A stretch of DNA of 64,000 nucleotides from Nitrospinales bacterium (lineage in GTDB: Bacteria > Nitrospinota > Nitrospinia > Nitrospinales > JAJDAT01). The translations under genes and the position numbers were made by a program. The notes below the pieces were generated by a model. The model saw nothing but the letters and a program-made list of their open reading frames with translations, did no database searches and was not told where the DNA came from. Position 1 is the first letter of the stretch; every line of letters starts with the position of its first letter. This document shows, piece by piece, positions 18,030 to 26,391 of this stretch. The stretch is taken from assembly GCA_046757665.1 (NCBI GenBank), contig JBHHYO010000001.1, positions 26,822 to 90,821 on the forward strand, written 5' to 3'.

Positions 18030-20213
18030 ATGTCCCTCATGGATTTTCAGTCACTCCCATGCCTTGCGATCGTCATCCTGATTGCCGTTTTATCTCGTCT
18101 GCCGTTCCTGCGCTTTCCCATGGACGAGGACATGGCCACCTTCACCTACCGCGCCCGGTTTGCCGCCAGGGGGTTTGAATGGAAACGGGACCTGTTCGTT
18201 TTTTATCCGACTTGCCGGATGCGCCTGTTCGACGCATTGTACGGTCGCCCCGGGGGGGGCGTCTTGCGGATCCGCCTTTTTTTCATGGCGGCTCATATCG
18301 TCACTTCCCTGGCGGTTTATTCGGCCATATTCTTTCTGACGGGAAACCCTTTCGCGGCACTGTTTGGTGGAGCGAGCTATGCGTTTTTCGCCACGGCGCC
18401 CGCGCTGTGCGCGGTTTCGTTCAATTTTGAGCCGTTGTATTTGCCGCTTCTCTTGATCGGCTTGCAACTGCTTTGGCGGGACATGATTCCCCTGGCCGGA
18501 ATCTGTTTCGGACTGGCCGTCGTGCTCAAGGTTTCCACGGGGATTTATGTTCCGGTGATGATGCTGTTTGTCGCCCGTCAATACGGGTACGGAGACTCTC
18601 TGCTTTTCATGGTCGCGGCGGCGGCTCCCGGCCTGATCTCGCACGCGCTGGACTGGAGCATGGGCTATCTGGACCAGGAAGCGAAAAAACAATTCAACCT
18701 GCGCCTGGCCGCCACCCTGCGGTGCGCCAAATTGAAACGGATGTATGGAAGCATTTCACAAGACATCCGGTTGACCGTTAAACAGACCCTGCCCCTGTGG
18801 CTTGCCGGCATCCCCGGCCTGGTGATCGCTTCGACGGAAGCGCCTGGCCTTTCCATTTCCCTGTTCGCCGTGCCGACGATAGTCATGATCCTTTGCCAGC
18901 GCGGGTTTTCCCGGTATCATTACATTCCTTTTATTGGTCTCCTGGCTCTCGGAGCGGGTCCGGCGGTCGATCGGCTTTGGCGGATGCCGGAACCCGTTGC
19001 TTTTGCCGCCGCGGCCTTGCTTGTGGCGGCGACTGTCTGGACGCTCTATCGTCTGGCTCCTTTTTATCTTCGTCCCCTGGAGGCCGAAACCCTGGCGCGA
19101 TACGACAAGTTCGACCAGTTCATTTACCTGCCGTACCTGGGGAAAATCCTCAAACGCCTTGTCCGCATCCGCAAGGAAACGGATCGCCGGCTTTTTGTTT
19201 GGGGAAACTTTATTCAGCTTTATCATGAAACCGGACTCCCCGCCGCCGACCGCTTCGCGCATTACTGCATCGGCCCCTGGGACAGCCCGGTTCTTGAAGA
19301 ATATTTCGATACCGTCATCGGCGGACTGATGCGCCACCAGCCGGTTTACCTGGTCAAGGCCTTTCCCGACCTGGACATGGAGTTGCTGGAGCGAGTCACG
19401 GGTCTGCGGTACCGGCTGATCAAGGTGGCATTGGCGCGGTTTCCGATTTATCGGCTGGCGGGTTTCACGCCGCCCGCCGGCGATCCTCTTGATCTGCCGT
19501 GGCGCGAGAAAATGCGCCTGTTCGATGCGCTGACGCAGGGCGAACACGTTCCCGGTATCGACAAGACGGCGGCCGCCGGATTGAGCAAGACCCTGAACGA
19601 ATGCCGAAAGCTGTGCCGGTTGAATCCGCATGACACACAAGGCATGTGGTTTCTCGCGGAATTGCAGGACCGGCTTGGGCAAGCGGACGCGGCCGCATCC
19701 ACTTGCGAAAAACTGTTGCACGAAAACCCGTCGGACCCACGGCTTCTGCTACTGCTGGCAAAACAAAAGGTAAAGCAAAACCGGCCGGACGAAACGCGGC
19801 GCGCCCGGGAAATCTATAACGATATATGGAAACGGCCGATGCGCCCGCATGAGGACGGGCTTCGCACCCAGGCCGCGGTGGCCGTCGCCGAACTCGACTC
19901 CGGGCGGCGTCCCGAAGCGGAGACGCTGGAACGGTTTCTCGCCCGCGACCCGCGCAACGAATCGTTGGCTTACGCGCGCGCCTCGGCCCTGGAGCGCCGG
20001 GGCAATCGCGAGCAGGCGCGCCGTCTGTTCGAACAATTTACCGCCACCTTTACCAAACCCCCGCTTCAGGCGGCGGCGTGGTTCCGCCTGGCCCGCCTGT
20101 CGCCGCCGGAGCAACGCGAACAAATACTCAAGCAATGCCTGAAGCTCGATCCCGCGCATTCCGGCGCGCAAAAACTCCTGCAAGCTCTGGAGACTTGCCG
20201 TGTCGAAGCGTAA
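18030..20213 (+). CDS. GT-C-like (ArnT/PMT-type) polytopic membrane protein with C-terminal TPR-like domain
   Basis: The N-terminal roughly 330 aa is multi-TM, with an acidic first-loop motif FPMDEDMATF. The C-terminal roughly 250 aa is helical and TPR-like (WFLAELQDRLGQADAAASTCEKLLHENPSDPR...). Confidence 0.72.
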   Translation: MSLMDFQSLPCLAIVILIAVLSRLPFLRFPMDEDMATFTYRARFAARGFEWKRDLFVFYPTCRMRLFDALYGRPGGGVLRIRLFFMAAHIVTSLAVYSAIFFLTGNPFAALFGGASYAFFATAPALCAVSFNFEPLYLPLLLIGLQLLWRDMIPLAGICFGLAVVLKVSTGIYVPVMMLFVARQYGYGDSLLFMVAAAAPGLISHALDWSMGYLDQEAKKQFNLRLAATLRCAKLKRMYGSISQDIRLTVKQTLPLWLAGIPGLVIASTEAPGLSISLFAVPTIVMILCQRGFSRYHYIPFIGLLALGAGPAVDRLWRMPEPVAFAAAALLVAATVWTLYRLAPFYLRPLEAETLARYDKFDQFIYLPYLGKILKRLVRIRKETDRRLFVWGNFIQLYHETGLPAADRFAHYCIGPWDSPVLEEYFDTVIGGLMRHQPVYLVKAFPDLDMELLERVTGLRYRLIKVALARFPIYRLAGFTPPAGDPLDLPWREKMRLFDALTQGEHVPGIDKTAAAGLSKTLNECRKLCRLNPHDTQGMWFLAELQDRLGQADAAASTCEKLLHENPSDPRLLLLLAKQKVKQNRPDETRRAREIYNDIWKRPMRPHEDGLRTQAAVAVAELDSGRRPEAETLERFLARDPRNESLAYARASALERRGNREQARRLFEQFTATFTKPPLQAAAWFRLARLSPPEQREQILKQCLKLDPAHSGAQKLLQALETCRVEA

Positions 20214-22359
20214 GAAAGTCGCCGTCTTCGCCACCGAACCGGTGACCGGAAGACTGGGTGGACTCGGTATTCGCCAGCTCCAGGTGGCTCGCACCCTTGC
20301 AAAATTTTTTGAGGTCCGTCTGTTCACTGAGTACCGGGTGGAACGGCATCGCGAACCTTTTCAAATTCTGCAAATCGATTATGAACAATCCCATACCCTG
20401 GAAGAACCCGTCCGCTGGGCCGACGTCGTGTATTCCAGCCAGCCGGCGGTTGCCCCGTTCACCAAAAAATTCGGCAAGCCCGTCGCCGTGGATTTGCTGG
20501 TCCATGAGTATTTCGAGGACCTGGAGTTCCTGCCGCTCGAAACAATGGAGCCGCTGGAACAATCCGTTTATTTTTCGGACTGCATTTTGCGGCTTTCGCG
20601 CCAGTTGGATATGGGCGATTTTTTTCTATGCTCCAACGAGCGGGAGCGGGATTTCTATCTCGGTGTCCTCACTCTTTTGGGAAAACTGATTCCCGGCACC
20701 TATCAAACGGACCCGCAGTTTCGTTTCCTGATCGACGTGGCTCCATTTGGTCTCCCAAAAAGGGAGCCGAAAAAAGGCAAGAATATTTTACGCGGCGAAA
20801 TCCCCGGTATCGGCCCCAGGGATTTTCTCATCGTCTGGGGCGGGTCGCTTGCCAACTGGTTCGACAGCCTCACTCCCGTGCGGGCCATGGCCCGGCTCAA
20901 AAAAACATGCCCCAGGGCAAAGCTGGTGTTCGTCGGCAACAAGCATCCCGTCCCGGCGGAACAGCCCTCGGCTTTTCAGAAAACCGTCAACCTCGCAAAA
21001 CGCCGCGGCCTTTACGGCAAAAACGTTTTTTTTTACACCGACTGGGTTCCCTACGACCGGCACGATTATTACCTGACCGAGGCGGACGCCGGAATGGTTG
21101 CCTTTCACGATCATCTTGAAAACCACTTTTCGTTTCGCATCCGGGTGGTGGATTACTTTTGGGCGGACCTCCCCGTTTTAACCAACCCCGGAAATGTGCT
21201 GAGCCGTCTTATTGAAAGCAAAAACATGGGGAAGGTTTTTCCGTTTGGGGACGACAAAAGCCTGGCGGAGGCCATCGAATGGATGGCGGCCCATCGGGCG
21301 GGCTGTCGAAAAATGCGCCAGGACATCGCCCGCGAGAAAAAACAGTTTCACTGGGACCGGGTCCTGGCGCCTCTCATCGACTTTTGCCGGTCGCCCCGGA
21401 AGGCCGCCACCCTGTTCGACGGCGGCAGACTGCCCGAACTGGAGCAACTGAAAAAACAGCGCCGCTTCACGCCGGAGCAACTGTTGCGCCTTGTGCCGTC
21501 GCATCCTTACATGCGGCTGATGCTGGCCCGGAAAAGCATCCTGGAAAACAAACCGCAAAAAGCCGCCAGCCTGATAAACGACCATTTGCGATTATTTGGC
21601 TACGGACTGGAAACCGAATTGTTTCGCCTGCCACTGCTGGACGTGCCGGGCGATTTCACCTACGAGGAAATACTTCGCCTGGTCCCCTCGCACCCCTACT
21701 CGCGGTTGATGAGGGCCAGGCTGAAAATGAACGAAAGCAAGTTTCCGCAGGCCGGAAAACTGATTGAAGAGGAAATCGAACTGTTCGGCGAAACCGCCGA
21801 GGCCCTGTTCTGCCGCGGACTGCTTCGCCAACGGCTTGGAGAGCATCGAAAGGCAGTGGCGGATTTCGAGAGGGTTCGCCGGGAAATGCCGGAGCGGATC
21901 GACTGCTGGCTTCCCCTGGCCGGCTCGCTGGCGGAATTGGGAGACACCAAGCAGGCCAAAAAACTCTACGCCCAGGCATGGAACAAGGCTCAGGGCAGGG
22001 GGGGAGAGGGAATCCGCGCCCGCGTCGCGGCGGCCATGGCGAAGCTGGAGGCCCCCCGCAGGCCGGAACATGAAACCTGGGCGCTCTACGAACAACGCGA
22101 CCCCTGCAACGAAGCGCTGGCGTATGCACACGCCTCGGCGCTGGAACGCGCCGGAAAAACCGGTGAGGCCCGCTCCCGTTTCGCATCCTTCACCAAAATT
22201 TTCCGGAATGAAAAAATCCGGGCGGGAGCCTGGTTCCGTCTGGCGCGGCTGTCTCCACAAAACCAGCGGGGGAAAATGCTTCGGGCCGCTTTAAAACTGG
22301 ACCCCTCGCATTCCGCGGCGCGGGAAATGCTACGGCAATTGCGGAACAACGCGGATTAA
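20200..22359 (+). CDS. GT-B-fold (GT4-like) glycosyltransferase with C-terminal TPR-like domain
   Basis: The GTG start overlaps the previous gene by 14 nt. The central region IVWGGSLANWFD...LVFVGNKHP...FFYTDWVPYDRHDYYLTEADAGMVAF is typical of a GT-B C-domain. The C-terminal tail is homologous to that of the 18030 protein. Confidence 0.72.
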   Translation: MSKRKKVAVFATEPVTGRLGGLGIRQLQVARTLAKFFEVRLFTEYRVERHREPFQILQIDYEQSHTLEEPVRWADVVYSSQPAVAPFTKKFGKPVAVDLLVHEYFEDLEFLPLETMEPLEQSVYFSDCILRLSRQLDMGDFFLCSNERERDFYLGVLTLLGKLIPGTYQTDPQFRFLIDVAPFGLPKREPKKGKNILRGEIPGIGPRDFLIVWGGSLANWFDSLTPVRAMARLKKTCPRAKLVFVGNKHPVPAEQPSAFQKTVNLAKRRGLYGKNVFFYTDWVPYDRHDYYLTEADAGMVAFHDHLENHFSFRIRVVDYFWADLPVLTNPGNVLSRLIESKNMGKVFPFGDDKSLAEAIEWMAAHRAGCRKMRQDIAREKKQFHWDRVLAPLIDFCRSPRKAATLFDGGRLPELEQLKKQRRFTPEQLLRLVPSHPYMRLMLARKSILENKPQKAASLINDHLRLFGYGLETELFRLPLLDVPGDFTYEEILRLVPSHPYSRLMRARLKMNESKFPQAGKLIEEEIELFGETAEALFCRGLLRQRLGEHRKAVADFERVRREMPERIDCWLPLAGSLAELGDTKQAKKLYAQAWNKAQGRGGEGIRARVAAAMAKLEAPRRPEHETWALYEQRDPCNEALAYAHASALERAGKTGEARSRFASFTKIFRNEKIRAGAWFRLARLSPQNQRGKMLRAALKLDPSHSAAREMLRQLRNNAD

Positions 22360-22472
22360 CCTCGCGCGAACGAAGCGTTGTCTCTTCAAGATTCTGTTTT
22401 ATCCGCCGAAAAGGTTATAATGGCCCGTTCGCCCCTTTTGGGGTCCTCAAGCAATCGACAGAGGAATCGACG

Positions 22473-25367
22473 GTGAAAATTCTTGTCTGCAATCCGCCCG
22501 GCCGATTTCCCGGAAACCGGTACGTCTGCCCCTTTCCCAGCCGATGGACCAGCATGTTCAAGGGGTATCCGGTTTTCATTTATTACCCTTACGAGTTGGC
22601 CTACCTGTCCGCCCTCCTGAAAAGAGAGTTGCCCGGCGACCAGGTGAAGATGGTGGACGGCGCCTGGCTACGGTTTACCGCCGACGATTACATTCGCTTC
22701 CTGAAACACGAAAAACCCGACTGGGTGGTGTTTGAGGTGGATACCGTCACCTACGGCGAAACGCGCAAAATAGCCGACCGCATCAAATCGGACCTGGGAA
22801 CCCGGGTTATCATGACCGGCCAATACCCGACGGCGTTTCCCGAAAAAGTGGCGGCGGACGGTTATCGCTATGTCTGCATCGGCGAGTTCGAAGCCACCGT
22901 CCTGGACGTGTTGAGGGGGAATGACCCGAAATCCATCGAGGGGCTCCACCCGAACTCCTATCGCAAGGTTCTCGATCTTGACTGGCTTCCGGACCCCGAG
23001 GACGAGGATATCCGCCGCATCGACTACAGTTATTCCGGCGGGCACCGCTGGACGCGCTACCGGGAAATCGAGGTTCACCCGTCGCGCGGGTGCCCTTACA
23101 CGTGCGATTTTTGCGTAGCCGGCACCGTTTACTACGAAAACATCAACTGGCGTTTTCGCAAGCCGGAACGGATCGTCAATGAGATCGAAACCCTGCGCCG
23201 CAAATATCCGCAAATGGAAGGCTGTTTCTTCAACGAAGAAACCCACATCATCAGGAAAAAAAACATTCTGGAATTTTGCGATGCCCTCATCGCCTCCGGC
23301 AACAACGACCTGCATTTCGAGGCCATGGCCAACCACCAGCGGCTGGACGAGGAAATTCTCGAAGCCTTGAAGCGGGCCGGTTACTATAAACTGCGCATCG
23401 GCATCGAAAGCGTGGACGAAGCCACCGGGCAAAGCATCGGCCTGGTCAAGACCCGTCCCGACCGCCTGGAAAAGGTTTTGAAAATCGCCGCCAAGCTGGG
23501 GATCGAAATGTACGGCACCTTTCTCTTCGGGGCATCCGGTTCCACCCGGGAGGGCGACCGCAAAACCATCGAGTTCGGACGCAGAGTTATCTCAAAGGGG
23601 TTGTTGACCAGTTGGCAGGCATCCATTGCCGTCCCCCACCCGGCAACGCCGTTTTACCGAAAAGCCGTCGAAAACGACTGGCTGGTGACCGACAGCCTGG
23701 ACCGCTTCAACGGCATCAGCGACACCGTGGTCAGCTATCCCGATTACCCGCGAGAGCAAATCCTGGAAACGGTGAAGGAGATGGGACGGGAGTTTGAAGC
23801 CGCGCGGTCTTTCGATACCGTTCGCAGGCATAAATCCGTCGCCCAGGAAAAAACCGCTATCCTCAAAAAAGACGAGGCCGTCGTTAATCGAAAACTGGAC
23901 GCCCTGGCTCCGTTGTTCCAAAGCGGCGAAAACGAAAAAACCCTGGAAGCCGCAAGAGCCATCCTCAAGACTTTTCCGCAAGCCCTGACGGCCCGCCACG
24001 CGATCGGCTCCGTTTACAAGCGAATGGGGGATTTGGCCGCGGCCCGGCGGGAGTTCGAGTTCATTGTCGCCACCGCCTTCGATTATGAGGATGCGTTGCA
24101 GTATGCCGCCGGCGCGCATTTTCATCTCGGCGTTATCGGCCTGGCGGAAAATAAAATCGAGGAGGCTCGCCGGCATCTTAAAAACTGTATGCACCTGAAC
24201 CCGGACCACGAGGAAGCCCGGCGGCACTATTGGATGTTGACGGAAACCGGCGGCCGGTGGCTGAGCCTCGAGCGCGCACTGCTCGCCTGGAAGCCGGAAG
24301 AGAAATGCCATTCCGCCATGATGGCGCTGTTCTCCCTTTGCGCGCCGTTGTTTCGGCTTTGGCTTAGACCCCCGCCAGCGGTAGCGCCCGCTCGCAAGAG
24401 GACACCGCTGGAGTTTAAAGTCCTGCACGAGCCCGCCTCCCGCGGCACGCCCGATGTCTCTGTCGTTATCCGCGCCTGCAACGAGGCCGAGTTGCTTGCC
24501 CAAACCCTGGATGCCGTTACGGAGCAGAAGGGAATCGAAAAAGAAATCATTGTGATCGACTCGCAATCCACGGACGCCACGGTGGACATTGCGCGTTCCT
24601 TTTCGGCGCGGGTTGTTGAAATCGAAAAAAGCGGCTTCAACTATGCGGCGGCGCTGAACCTGGGTGTCCGCCTGGCGCGTGGGAAATATGTCGTCAACCT
24701 GAGCGCCCATGCCGTGCCGGTGGACACGCGATGGCTGGCGAACCTGATTCAACCCCTGGCCGAGGACCCCGAAACGGCGGGAGTGCATGGCCGCGAGTTG
24801 CCCATGAGGAACCGGTGCGGCGTATTTGAATGGAAAATCCTTGCCGATTCGTTTCCGGACCGCCGGCTCGAGAAAAAGAACGATTTCTTTTTTTCCAATG
24901 CCAACTCCGCCATGCGCCGGGAGACGCTTGTGGCTTATCCCTTTGACGAATCCGTCGGCTGGGCGGAGGACCAGTTGTGGGCGGACCGGGTGCAGAAAGC
25001 CGGATACAAAACCGTTTACCAACCGGGCGCGGCGGTCTTTCATTCCCACAACCTGACGGCCAAACAGAACTTCGAGCGGTGCTTGAAATATTATCAAACA
25101 CTGTTCGCCACCGTTTACCGCGACCGGGCTGTCGAGGTGCGCGGCGCGTTTCGCGCCTCGCTCGCGGCGCGCGCGGTGTCACTGCGCCGGTTTCTGGTCG
25201 AGCGGCGGTTGATGCGGCCGCTTCCGGCGTTCTTTTACGCGCCGTTTTGCGAATACGTCAATTACCTGGGTTGCGAGATTTCCTGCGCCGCCCGAACCGC
25301 CCCGGAAAAAATTTCCGGTATCCGGGAAAACCGTGTCCGGCAACCTCAAAATCAGGCTGTATCGTGA
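22473..25367 (+). CDS. Tri-domain fusion: B12-type radical SAM + TPR-like linker + family 2 glycosyltransferase
   Basis: 964 aa in one uninterrupted frame. It contains HPSRGCPYTCDFC (CX3CX2C), then TPR-like KRMGDLAAARREFEFIV...AENKIEEARRHLKNCMHLNPDHEEA, then the GT2 segment VSVVIRACNE...IIVIDSQSTDATV from about nt 24453. Confidence 0.85.
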   Translation: MKILVCNPPGRFPGNRYVCPFPSRWTSMFKGYPVFIYYPYELAYLSALLKRELPGDQVKMVDGAWLRFTADDYIRFLKHEKPDWVVFEVDTVTYGETRKIADRIKSDLGTRVIMTGQYPTAFPEKVAADGYRYVCIGEFEATVLDVLRGNDPKSIEGLHPNSYRKVLDLDWLPDPEDEDIRRIDYSYSGGHRWTRYREIEVHPSRGCPYTCDFCVAGTVYYENINWRFRKPERIVNEIETLRRKYPQMEGCFFNEETHIIRKKNILEFCDALIASGNNDLHFEAMANHQRLDEEILEALKRAGYYKLRIGIESVDEATGQSIGLVKTRPDRLEKVLKIAAKLGIEMYGTFLFGASGSTREGDRKTIEFGRRVISKGLLTSWQASIAVPHPATPFYRKAVENDWLVTDSLDRFNGISDTVVSYPDYPREQILETVKEMGREFEAARSFDTVRRHKSVAQEKTAILKKDEAVVNRKLDALAPLFQSGENEKTLEAARAILKTFPQALTARHAIGSVYKRMGDLAAARREFEFIVATAFDYEDALQYAAGAHFHLGVIGLAENKIEEARRHLKNCMHLNPDHEEARRHYWMLTETGGRWLSLERALLAWKPEEKCHSAMMALFSLCAPLFRLWLRPPPAVAPARKRTPLEFKVLHEPASRGTPDVSVVIRACNEAELLAQTLDAVTEQKGIEKEIIVIDSQSTDATVDIARSFSARVVEIEKSGFNYAAALNLGVRLARGKYVVNLSAHAVPVDTRWLANLIQPLAEDPETAGVHGRELPMRNRCGVFEWKILADSFPDRRLEKKNDFFFSNANSAMRRETLVAYPFDESVGWAEDQLWADRVQKAGYKTVYQPGAAVFHSHNLTAKQNFERCLKYYQTLFATVYRDRAVEVRGAFRASLAARAVSLRRFLVERRLMRPLPAFFYAPFCEYVNYLGCEISCAARTAPEKISGIRENRVRQPQNQAVS

Positions 25368-26329
25368 AAATCAGCGTCATCGTTCCCAATTGGAACGGCA
25401 TCCGGTTCGTCGGCATGTGCCTGGACTCCCTGGCAAAATCGCAGTTCGATGATTGCGAGGTGATCGTCGTGGACAACGGCTCCACCGACGGGTCGAGGGA
25501 AATGATCCAGGAAAAATACCCCTGGGTGAGGCTGATCGCGCTTCCGCAAAATCTCGGTTTTGCCCGCGCCTGCAATGAGGGAATCAAGGCCTCGCGGGCC
25601 GAATATGTCGTCCTTCTCAACAACGACATCGAAGTAACTCCCCACTGGCTCCGCGAACTTTACGACGGCATGGAACGGCATCCGGAATGCGGGATGGGAA
25701 CCAGCAAGATGATGTTTCTGCACGACCGCGAAACGTTTTACAATGCGGGAGACTTGTTCTACGCCTGGTCGTCGGGCGGAGGCCGGGGCCAGGGCGAAAA
25801 GGATGTTGGACAATATGAACGGGAAGAACACGTTTTCGGCGCCTGCGCCGGAGCCGGGATTTACCGCCGCGGTTTGTTTCAAACCATCGGCTTGTTTGAC
25901 GAGGATTTTTTTATCTTCGCCGAGGATGTCGATCTCAATCTGCGCAGTCAACTGCGGGGATTCAAGTCGGTTTACCTGCCCCGCGCCAAGGTGTACCACA
26001 TCGGCACGGCCACCGTCGGCCTTTACAGTGACCGGCACATTTATCTTTGCAAGAGGAACGATATTTTAGTCATGGTCAAAAATTATTCCCTCGCCATGTA
26101 CTTCAGGCATTTGTTGTCGATCATCAGGCATCAGTTGGCGGACATCGGCTATTTCTCCAGCCGGGGGCAGGGCGGGGCGCTTTTCAAGAGCAAGTGGCAC
26201 GCCCTCGCCATGATGCCGAAAATGCTGGCCCGGCGCCGTTCCATTCAGCGTTCCAGAACGGCGCCGGACTCGGAAGTGGAACAAATGATAATCACCGACC
26301 GATGCCATGCCCCGCCGGGCTCAAGTTAA
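25364..26329 (+). CDS. Family 2 glycosyltransferase
   Basis: I set the start at GTG 25364 (GTGA overlap with the upstream stop). The listed ORF 24977.. is an out-of-context 5' extension. Motifs: KISVIVPNWNG...VIVVDNGSTDGS...NLGFARACNEG...LLNNDIEV. Confidence 0.85.
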   Translation: MKISVIVPNWNGIRFVGMCLDSLAKSQFDDCEVIVVDNGSTDGSREMIQEKYPWVRLIALPQNLGFARACNEGIKASRAEYVVLLNNDIEVTPHWLRELYDGMERHPECGMGTSKMMFLHDRETFYNAGDLFYAWSSGGGRGQGEKDVGQYEREEHVFGACAGAGIYRRGLFQTIGLFDEDFFIFAEDVDLNLRSQLRGFKSVYLPRAKVYHIGTATVGLYSDRHIYLCKRNDILVMVKNYSLAMYFRHLLSIIRHQLADIGYFSSRGQGGALFKSKWHALAMMPKMLARRRSIQRSRTAPDSEVEQMIITDRCHAPPGSS

Positions 26330-26391
26330 AGGGCTCGGATTCCGTTCAGGAAGAGAAAACCCTTGCGTTTCCTGGTAGCCGAAATAATATC

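Noticed and set aside
23592-25097. 501-aa minus-strand ORF, together with similar long antisense ORFs at 18756-19721, 22668-23432, 27136-28431, 40209-40910, 45130-46974, 49397-50782 and 57647-59167
   Set aside because: All of them mirror plus- or minus-strand genes that carry clear family motifs. The products are R/G/P/Q-rich with no domains. Stop-codon depletion on the antisense strand of GC-rich coding sequence explains them.
24977-25363. 5' extensions of listed ORFs (24977-25363, 26047-26391, 53949-54323, 37164-37334, 2149-2190, 42200-42310, 42503-42640, 40015-40152, 54182-54283, 9846-9893, 50847-50900, 61824-61919)
   Set aside because: Each extension overlaps the preceding or opposite gene, or a repeat, and lacks homology-like sequence. 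In every case an internal start with an overlap-coupled or RBS-preceded ATG/GTG gives a product that begins where the family similarity begins.
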